Virus record (IMG/VR): IMGVR_UViG_3300012683_000001
Location: 1,406-65,405 of that record
Length of the DNA: 64,000 nt
Direction: 5' to 3' (one strand)
Source: a virus
Shown: in pieces, positions 57,228 to 64,000 of the stretch
Position numbering within the stretch: the first letter of the stretch is position 1
How the letters are laid out: every line of letters begins with the position of its first letter
The notes under the pieces: generated by a model
Database searches by the model: none
What the model was told of the DNA's origin: nothing
Seen by the model: the letters and a program-made list of their open reading frames with translations, nothing else
Program-made: the position numbers and the translations under genes

Positions 57228-57603
57228 GGTTGCAATTAAAGAAACTAAAGATTTAGCAGAAGAAAGAGCTAAGCAGCTTCCAGATCCGGTTGGATGGAAG
57301 ATTTTATGTATGGTTCCAGCAGTTCAAGACACTTATGGTGAAAGTAAGTTATTTAAGCCTGAAAAAGAAAAATTTATTGAAGAACAGACATCTGTAGTTT
57401 TATTTGTCTGCAAGATAGGTCCAGAAGCTTATAAGGATAAAAATAAATTTCCTAATGGGCCGTGGTGTAAAGAAGGTGATTTTGTAGTTGTCCGTGCATA
57501 TTCAGGCACGCGCCTGAAGATCCATGGTAGAGAATTTAGAATCATCAACGACGACACAGTAGAAGGTGCTGTGCAAGACCCCCGAGGAATCGGGCGAGCA
57601 TAA
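57220..57603 (+). CDS. Hypothetical protein.
   Basis: 127-aa ORF. Confidence 0.35.
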   Translation: MSEVAIKETKDLAEERAKQLPDPVGWKILCMVPAVQDTYGESKLFKPEKEKFIEEQTSVVLFVCKIGPEAYKDKNKFPNGPWCKEGDFVVVRAYSGTRLKIHGREFRIINDDTVEGAVQDPRGIGRA

Positions 57604-57606
57604 CTT

Positions 57607-58035
57607 ATGCTTAATGAATTACAAAAAGCTAAACATAGAGCTTATATGCGGGAATATTCTAAACGTCCTGAAGTTAAAGCTAGAGTAAAAGCTTACTATA
57701 AAAAATTTATTACTGATAAAGATCATAGAGATCAGCATAATTTTTTACAGCGAAGTTATTATCGTAAACGATATAAACAACGACGAGCAGAAATAATTGA
57801 GCGCGTTCGTAGACGAACAGATAGAATTAGAGGAGTTAATTGGTTAACTAACACTGATCGTATTGAAATTCAAAAATTATATGATTTTTGTAAGGTAAAT
57901 AAAGGATATGAAGTAGATCACATCATTCCTTTATATGGTGAACGGGTCTCGGGATTACACGTCCTGAGTAACTTGCAAGTACTGCCTAAACGAGAAAATC
58001 GAGCAAAAGGCAGCAAATGGACACAGGAGAATTAA
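57607..58035 (+). CDS. HNH endonuclease, possibly packaging-associated.
   Basis: EVDHIIPL...NLQVLPKRENRAKG. Confidence 0.75.
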   Translation: MLNELQKAKHRAYMREYSKRPEVKARVKAYYKKFITDKDHRDQHNFLQRSYYRKRYKQRRAEIIERVRRRTDRIRGVNWLTNTDRIEIQKLYDFCKVNKGYEVDHIIPLYGERVSGLHVLSNLQVLPKRENRAKGSKWTQEN

Positions 58036-58036
58036 G

Positions 58037-58966
58037 ATGGCCGTTTCAGAGGTACATGAGTTTGAGTTTCCTGATGAGGTCAAGAGAAAACAGGACGCTA
58101 AAGATAAATTGGAGGTAGAGGTTGTCGATGACACTCCACCAGAGGACCGTGGCCGTGAGCCCATGCCCAAGGAAGTGGTGGAGGATATTGATAAAGATGA
58201 TCTATCTGAATACTCAGAAAAGGTCCGACTGCGGATGTCGCAGTTACGTAAAGTATTTCATGATGAAAGACGTTTAAAAGAAGCTGAAGTCCGTGAAAAG
58301 AATGAGGCTTTGAAATTCGCTCAGACTCAATTTGAAGAAGTGAAACAACTAAGACAAAGACTTAATACTGGTGAGAAGATCTTTATCAAAGAAGTGGGCG
58401 ATGCAGCCAAGCAGGCGATTGAGACCGCACGTACTCGATTGAAGGCCGCTTATGAGTCTGGAGATGCGGGTCAGATCACTGAAGCTCAGGAGCTGATGAC
58501 AGACGCCAAATTGAAAATGCGTGAAGTCGAAGGGTTTAAGCCTTCTTTACAATCGGAAGAATCAGGTGTACAAACAACTCAACAGCCCCAACCTCCTGCT
58601 CCACGCACGGACCCAAAAGCCGATGCATGGAAATCAAAAAATGGTTGGTTCGGGTCTGATCCGGAGATGACCGCCTCCGCACTGGGCTTACATGAGAAGC
58701 TGGTCAAACAGGGTGTAGACCCCGCAAGCGATGAGTACTATCAAAGAATTGATAGTACGATGCGTAAACGCTTCCCCGAAAATTTCGAGGAATCCGCTCC
58801 AGAACCTGTTCGTAGAAACAGCACCGTAGTTGCCTCCGCGTCACGCTCATCCGCGCCGCGCCAAATCCGCCTTACGACGACAGAAGTGGCCATAGCTAAG
58901 AAGCTGGGGCTCACTCCTGAAGCGTATGCGCGTGAAAAAATTAAGCTGGAGAACGTCAATGGCTGA
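58037..58966 (+). CDS. Scaffolding protein.
   Basis: Acidic coiled-coil, 309 aa, lying between the portal and capsid genes. Confidence 0.55.
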   Translation: MAVSEVHEFEFPDEVKRKQDAKDKLEVEVVDDTPPEDRGREPMPKEVVEDIDKDDLSEYSEKVRLRMSQLRKVFHDERRLKEAEVREKNEALKFAQTQFEEVKQLRQRLNTGEKIFIKEVGDAAKQAIETARTRLKAAYESGDAGQITEAQELMTDAKLKMREVEGFKPSLQSEESGVQTTQQPQPPAPRTDPKADAWKSKNGWFGSDPEMTASALGLHEKLVKQGVDPASDEYYQRIDSTMRKRFPENFEESAPEPVRRNSTVVASASRSSAPRQIRLTTTEVAIAKKLGLTPEAYAREKIKLENVNG

Positions 58967-59432
58967 TGCAATCGCTGGGCGCATAGCCCGTCAGTTGGAA
59001 GATCGGGACGCTTCATTACGTAAACAAGAGTGGAGACCCCCGCAACTTTTACCGACCCCTGATCCACAAGAAGGATGGGAGTTCAAATACGTCCGAGTGT
59101 CGATAATGGGTCAATTAGATCCCACTAACGCCTCCGCAATGTTCAGGGAAGGATGGGAGCCAGTGAAGGCCCTTGACCATCCAGAGATTCACCACACCGC
59201 TGATCCCAACAGTCGTTATAAGGACAACATTGAGATCGGGGGGCTACTGCTCTGCAAGTCCCCCAAGGAAAAGGTGGAAGCGCGGCGTGAGTATTACGCC
59301 CGACAGACTGAGGCCCAGATAGAGGCCGTGGATAATAGTTTTCTACGTTCTAAGGACGCGCGGTCAAATATGGATTTGTTCAGTGAGAAGAAATCCACGG
59401 TGACGAAGGGATTCGGAAAAGGTTCTAAGTAA
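58960..59432 (+). CDS. Hypothetical head protein.
   Basis: ATGA overlap with the scaffold stop (MADAIAGR). Confidence 0.35.
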
Positions 59433-59445
59433 TTAGGAGATTTAA

Positions 59446-60384
59446 ATGGCTTATCCTACTGTTTCAGCCCCTTATGGGTTTAAGCCGATTAATCTGATTG
59501 GCGGGCAGGTATTTGCAGGGTCTACCCGTGCTTTGCCAATTGCCTATGGATATGCGACGAGTATTTTCTATGGGGATTTTGTCTCCATTTCTCGTGGTCA
59601 GATTAACCGGGTAGCGATTACTACTGCGGGCGCCTTTAACTGGGCTGGCACTATCACCGCCGCTGCGGGTTCATCTTATTCAACGGGTGCTGGTGCGATT
59701 GTGGGTGGTACCACCGGTACCGTAGGTGTATTCCTTGGATGCACTTACACTGACCCATCAACCAAACAGAAGCGTTATGCGCAGTACTGGCCTGCTTCAA
59801 CGCTGGCTGGTGACGCCTTTGCTTATGTCAGTGATGATCCAGATGCTGCTTATAGGGCAGCGGTTGTAACCACGCAGGGTGGTACCACGATTGGTTCAGT
59901 GTCTCCTGCGATGGTGGGGCAGAATCTTACGGGTTCTGATCTCGCTGGTAACATTAATACTGGCAACTCATCGAACGGGTTGCTGTATACGGCAATCACT
60001 CAGACGATTGCTGGTGAATTGACGGCGAGCGCCGATCCTTTCCGAATCATTGATATTGTTCGTGATACGGCGGTTGTTTTGGGTACGGCAACGTATTCAA
60101 GTGGCGGCGCCAGTACAACGGTTGTGGCATCAGCAAACTTGACATTCGCAGTACCAGTAGGTGCGCAACTGTCATGGATTGTTCCTAATGGTCAGATTGT
60201 TGATACGGGTTCGTTTGTAACGACAGCCATTACGGCTAACAACACGGCGAACATTGTGATTAGTAATGCTCCATTAACCAGCATTACAGGTACCCCTACT
60301 TTAATATTGACTCAGTATCCAGAGGCCATTGTTAAATTTAACATGGGCACTCATGGGTATTACACGTCAATCTCTATCGTGTAA
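59446..60384 (+). CDS. Capsid-associated beta-rich protein, decoration or minor capsid (312 aa).
   Basis: RBS TTAGGAGA. G/T/A-rich beta composition. Directly 5' of the MCP gene. Confidence 0.4.
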   Translation: MAYPTVSAPYGFKPINLIGGQVFAGSTRALPIAYGYATSIFYGDFVSISRGQINRVAITTAGAFNWAGTITAAAGSSYSTGAGAIVGGTTGTVGVFLGCTYTDPSTKQKRYAQYWPASTLAGDAFAYVSDDPDAAYRAAVVTTQGGTTIGSVSPAMVGQNLTGSDLAGNINTGNSSNGLLYTAITQTIAGELTASADPFRIIDIVRDTAVVLGTATYSSGGASTTVVASANLTFAVPVGAQLSWIVPNGQIVDTGSFVTTAITANNTANIVISNAPLTSITGTPTLILTQYPEAIVKFNMGTHGYYTSISIV

Positions 60385-60401
60385 TTAAGGAGTAATGACA
60401 C

Positions 60402-61304
60402 ATGGCTATCTCACGGGCACAGCTCCTTAAAGAACTACTGCCGGGTTTAAATGCCCTGTTCGGTATGGAGTACGCCACCTATGGTGAAGAACACAAGGAA
60501 CTCTATGAAACAGAGACTTCCGAGCGTTCTTTTGAAGAAGAGACCAAGCTGGCAGGTTTTAATGCCGCTCCGGTTAAAAACGAGGGCAATGCGATTGCGT
60601 ATGATAATGCGCAGGAAGCATGGACCGCTCGTTATAATCACGAGACCATTGCGTTGGGATTTGCCATTACTGAGGAAGCTATTGAGGATAACCTCTATGA
60701 CTCACTTAGTAAGCGTTATACCAAGTCTCTGGCTCGTGCAATGGCTTATACCAAGCAGGTGAAAGCAGCGTATATCATCAATAACGGCTTTAGTGCCTCA
60801 GCCGTAGGTGGTGATAACGTGTCACTGTTTAGCACAGCGCATCCGCTGGTTAGTGGTGGTACAAACAATAATACGTTCAGCACTTCACCGGATTTGAATG
60901 AAACGTCGCTGGAAGCGGCGGTCATTCAGATTGCGGCATGGACAGATGAGCGTGGCCTTTTGATTGCAGCTAAGCCCCGTAAGCTGGTGGTCCCACCGAA
61001 TAACATGTTTGTTAGCAAGCGTCTGCTTGATACGGAACTGCGTGTTGGAACGACTGATAACGACATCAATGCCCTGAAATCGATGGGCGCAATTCCTGAA
61101 GGATTTAAGGTCAACCACTTCCTTACTGATACCCATAGTTGGTATCTGTTGACTGATGTACCTAACGGTCTAAAGCACTTTTCACGTGTTCCGCTTCAGA
61201 ATTCAATGGATGGTGACTTCGACACGGGTAACGTGCGGTACAAGAGCCGCGAGCGTTATTCGTTCGGTTGGTCAGATCCGCTGGGCGTTTTTGGCGTAGC
61301 TTAA
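60402..61304 (+). CDS. Major capsid protein (HK97-fold-like).
   Basis: RBS AAGGAG. 300 aa. Position after scaffold. A downstream stem-loop follows. Confidence 0.6.
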   Translation: MAISRAQLLKELLPGLNALFGMEYATYGEEHKELYETETSERSFEEETKLAGFNAAPVKNEGNAIAYDNAQEAWTARYNHETIALGFAITEEAIEDNLYDSLSKRYTKSLARAMAYTKQVKAAYIINNGFSASAVGGDNVSLFSTAHPLVSGGTNNNTFSTSPDLNETSLEAAVIQIAAWTDERGLLIAAKPRKLVVPPNNMFVSKRLLDTELRVGTTDNDINALKSMGAIPEGFKVNHFLTDTHSWYLLTDVPNGLKHFSRVPLQNSMDGDFDTGNVRYKSRERYSFGWSDPLGVFGVA

Positions 61305-61330
61305 GCGCGACTTGCTATCTAGGATTTTGA

Positions 61331-61393
61331 GCTGTACTGACCGACCTAGCGGACGATACACAGACAGTACAGCGAATTTCCCCGTGTATGGGG
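61331..61393 (+). terminator. Stem-loops after the MCP gene: GCTGTACTG...CAGTACAGC and CCCCgtgtatGGGG.
   Basis: 9-bp and 4-bp inverted repeats. Possible attenuator. Confidence 0.3.
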
Positions 61394-61405
61394 TAGGAGT
61401 TTGAC

Positions 61406-61966
61406 ATGGGCTTACGTACATTTCTTGGCCCTCTACTGGTTGGTACTGTAAAAAATACAACAGGTACCACACCCGGTACTGTTCGTAATACAGGCGCAGT
61501 CATCTGTAATAGTGATTTACAGGTTGATTACACGACTTCGGCTTTTAACGTTACCGCTCAGAATTTTATTGGGGCTATCCCAGCGGGCGCCACAATTATT
61601 CAGATTAATATTGATACGTTAACAGGGTTTACGGGATCTACGGCTGCTAACATGACTATTGGTACGATTGCGACCCCAGCTTTGCTGTGGGCTTCTACTG
61701 ATATTACGACACAGGGCAGGCTGGCTAATACAGGTGCTGCCACTAAATTAGTGGCGTGGTGTGGATTGGCGACTACCGCATCACCTGATGGTATTGGTAT
61801 TGGAACGACAGATATTCTGGTTTATGCCTTCCTGACTCCAACAGTAGCGAACGTGACTGCTGGTAAGGTTCAGTACAATATTATCTATACGCCCAATAAC
61901 GTAGATGGTACAGATTATCCGCAGACCCCGCCGTTCCCGAATACAACGTTCCCGGCGACTTATTAA
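61406..61966 (+). CDS. Virion structural protein.
   Basis: RBS TAGGAG. Beta-rich. Confidence 0.4.
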   Translation: MGLRTFLGPLLVGTVKNTTGTTPGTVRNTGAVICNSDLQVDYTTSAFNVTAQNFIGAIPAGATIIQINIDTLTGFTGSTAANMTIGTIATPALLWASTDITTQGRLANTGAATKLVAWCGLATTASPDGIGIGTTDILVYAFLTPTVANVTAGKVQYNIIYTPNNVDGTDYPQTPPFPNTTFPATY

Positions 61967-61978
61967 TAGTTTACTTCA

Positions 61979-62287
61979 GTGGCTACACAAACTGATGTTA
62001 AGGCCAAGACAGTCTCTGCTACTGGGGCATTAGCTATTGGAGGTATTGCTGCTGGTGGTATGGGAGGAGGATTCCCTCGTATTAAAGGAATCTATTATTC
62101 TTGTACTACGGGTGGTACTGTAGCGATTACAGATGGTAGTTCAAGTGGACCTACCTTGATATCAATTATTGTTCCGGTAGGTGCTCAGAATGTGGTTATT
62201 CCGGGTGAAGGTATTCGTTGTAATGTTGGCGATCCCTATTTAACACTGACTACAACTGTAGGATCTATTACAGTATTTTATGGTTAA
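61979..62287 (+). CDS. Virion structural protein.
   Basis: 102-aa ORF. Confidence 0.35.
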   Translation: MATQTDVKAKTVSATGALAIGGIAAGGMGGGFPRIKGIYYSCTTGGTVAITDGSSSGPTLISIIVPVGAQNVVIPGEGIRCNVGDPYLTLTTTVGSITVFYG

Positions 62288-62289
62288 AT

Positions 62290-62817
62290 ATGCCAAGTAC
62301 ATCTCCAGCGCAAAAACGGACGATGGCAGCGGCGGCTCACAATCCAGCTTTCGCCAAGAAAATGGGCATTCCAGTTTCTGTAGCGAAAGAATTTAATCAA
62401 GCAGATAAGGGTAAGCATATGAAGAAGGGTGGACATATGAAATCTGTAAAGCCCCGTTTACCGGCGGCATTGATGGCAGCGGCTGAACAAGCCCCTCCAC
62501 CTAACGCTTCTGCGGGTCCCATTACTTCAGGTCAGCCCGGTGGTATGCCTCCCGGCGCACCCGGCATGAAACATGGTGGAGGAGTTAAGAAAATGGCTGC
62601 TGGTGGTGAAACGGTTAAGAGTGAAGAAGGACATACTAAAAAGTGGAGTCTTAAGGGCGAAGATAAAGATGCTCATGGTGAGAAAGTCTCCATGAAGCGT
62701 GGTGGTAAGGCTCGCGGTTTTGGTATTGCTCGTAAAGGTTATTCGGGTGGTGGCGGTGTTCGTTCTGGTGCAGATGGTATTGCAGAACGTGGCCATACTC
62801 GCGGTAAGTTTATTTAA
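62290..62817 (+). CDS. Basic Gly/Lys/His-rich protein.
   Basis: KKGGHMK...GGGVKKMAAGG composition. Confidence 0.35.
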   Translation: MPSTSPAQKRTMAAAAHNPAFAKKMGIPVSVAKEFNQADKGKHMKKGGHMKSVKPRLPAALMAAAEQAPPPNASAGPITSGQPGGMPPGAPGMKHGGGVKKMAAGGETVKSEEGHTKKWSLKGEDKDAHGEKVSMKRGGKARGFGIARKGYSGGGGVRSGADGIAERGHTRGKFI

Positions 62818-62828
62818 AGGAGTTTAGA

Positions 62829-63014
62829 ATGGCTAAGCATCATAAGATGGGCGGTCGTGTCGTAAAGACCCCGCATTCACCGCAGCATTATGAGGAACAT
62901 GAGACACCTCCTCAAGAACATGGAATGTCTGATTCTGGCCCTCATCATGGTTCTCATCCCGAGCATTACGCTCCGCATCAGGAACATACTCGGAAGCATT
63001 TTCACGGGAAATAA
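62829..63014 (+). CDS. His-rich small protein (about 13 His in 61 aa).
   Basis: RBS AGGAG. HHKMGG...PHHGSHPEHYAPHQEH. Confidence 0.4.
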   Translation: MAKHHKMGGRVVKTPHSPQHYEEHETPPQEHGMSDSGPHHGSHPEHYAPHQEHTRKHFHGK

Positions 63015-63041
63015 CTCCCTGATAGTTGGGGAGGCCCATGT

Positions 63042-63782
63042 ATGACTACGCCGACCTACCCCACATCAGGGACAACTAATTTTAATCTTGACACCTCTAC
63101 TCTTGTTGAAGAGGCATATGAGAGGTGTGGTACTGAACTTCGCTCAGGTTACGATTTCCGGTCCGCCCGGCGTAGCCTGAGTTTAATGTTTTTGGAATGG
63201 GCGAACCGGGGTATTAATCTCTGGACGGTAGACGGCCCGTACAGCATTACCTTGGTTCAGGGTACTGCGACCTATAATTTACCTGTCGATACCATTGATA
63301 TTCTTGATATGGTAATTCGCACAGGCGCAGGAAGCGTCAGTACTCAACAGGATATTGCCATTACGCGGATTTCTGAATCCACGTATATGACGTTACCTAA
63401 TAAGTTGACACAAGGTCGTCCAATCCAGTGTTGGATTAATCGGCAGGGGGGCATTAATAACACTGCGATGGGTGGAGTTAACCCACCTAATATCACGTTA
63501 TGGCCTATTCCTGATGGTTCAACGACGTGGGTATTCGTGTATTACCGGTTGCGTCAGATTCAAGACGCGGGAACTGGTGTCGGCGGTCAGGATTTACCGG
63601 ATCGGTTTTTACCAGCAGCAGTGGCAGGGCTGGCTTATTACATGTCATTGAAGATCCCTTCAGCTCAGATTCGCATCCCCATGCTCAAGCAAGCTTATGA
63701 GGAAGAGTGGATGCGGGCAGCCAACGAGGATCGTGAAAAAGCCACAATGCGGATAGTGCCGCGTAGGATGTTCCTTGGGTAA
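63042..63782 (+). CDS. Tail / head-tail adaptor protein.
   Basis: 246-aa ORF in the structural block. Confidence 0.4.
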   Translation: MTTPTYPTSGTTNFNLDTSTLVEEAYERCGTELRSGYDFRSARRSLSLMFLEWANRGINLWTVDGPYSITLVQGTATYNLPVDTIDILDMVIRTGAGSVSTQQDIAITRISESTYMTLPNKLTQGRPIQCWINRQGGINNTAMGGVNPPNITLWPIPDGSTTWVFVYYRLRQIQDAGTGVGGQDLPDRFLPAAVAGLAYYMSLKIPSAQIRIPMLKQAYEEEWMRAANEDREKATMRIVPRRMFLG

Positions 63783-63786
63783 TAAA

Positions 63787-64000
63787 TACTCAAGTGGCAA
63801 GAATGCTATTGCAGAATGCGATGTCTGCGGTTTCCGTTATAAATTGTCTGAGCTACGGGAACTTATAGTAAAGACTAAAAAGACTAATATTCTGGCTTGT
63901 AATGAGTGCTGGGACCCTGATCATCCACAGTTGCAATTAGGAATGTATCCTGTCGATGATCCACAGGCAGTGATGAACCCACGCCCTGATAGTGCAGGGT
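63787..64000 (+). CDS. Partial ORF running off the 3' edge, Zn-ribbon-like. Start unclear.
   Basis: ECDVCGFRYKLS...LACNECWDPDHP. No in-frame ATG is seen. Confidence 0.25.

Noticed and set aside
436-63787. That the ORF running off the 3' end and the ORF entering at the 5' end are one gene across a circular junction.
   Set aside because: The reading frames do not match if the window ends are joined directly, so the window is treated as a linear slice.
1-64000. CRISPR array, integrase/attachment module, or phage-encoded RNA polymerase.
   Set aside because: No regularly spaced direct repeats with spacers were found. No tyrosine or serine recombinase motifs and no single-subunit RNAP-sized ORF with the relevant motifs were found. 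The promoters visible look sigma70-like.

Overview
The window reads as a nearly complete tailed dsDNA phage genome, probably a podovirus-like virulent phage. The call rests on three absences and one presence: no integrase, no phage RNA polymerase and no full tRNA are present, and host-type sigma70-like promoters are visible. The genome has three strand blocks. (i) 52.0-64.0 kb on the + strand: small and large terminase, a portal with a long Q/His-repeat C-terminal extension, an HNH endonuclease, scaffold, capsid proteins, His-rich small proteins and tail/adaptor genes. (ii) 1-19.5 kb on the + strand: tail-fibre genes; a complete lysis cassette with a T4-type GH24 lysozyme, small TM holin candidates, and an i-spanin with an o-spanin lipoprotein gene embedded in the +1 frame; a large tail protein; Gly/Pro/Gln-rich internal virion proteins; an embedded GNAT acetyltransferase; and a 1932-aa ejection-type protein carrying an HExxH motif. 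(iii) 19.7-51.6 kb on the - strand: the early and replication block. It holds a prim-pol/D5 primase-helicase, an SNF2 helicase, HNH endonucleases, a Cas4-like PD-(D/E)XK nuclease, a family A DNA polymerase, a VRR-NUC nuclease, an SPFH + AAA + ParB-like cluster, a MoxR-AAA/vWA pair and many small ORFs. The findings that stand out are these. First, a family of at least 11 small tandem paralogs sharing a 'TLxxLWxxLN' helix, wrapped around the vWA gene next to the MoxR ATPase. Second, a seven-copy palindromic operator (CATTCCATCA-NN-TGATGGAATG, CACGTG core) that heads every - strand transcription unit downstream of sigma70-like promoters. Third, a repeat-dense 670-bp noncoding hub at 50.26-50.93 kb that may be an origin or early-control region. 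Fourth, a G7-tract frameshift that splits one gene into two overlapping ORFs. Fifth, a fragment resembling a tRNA 3' end.
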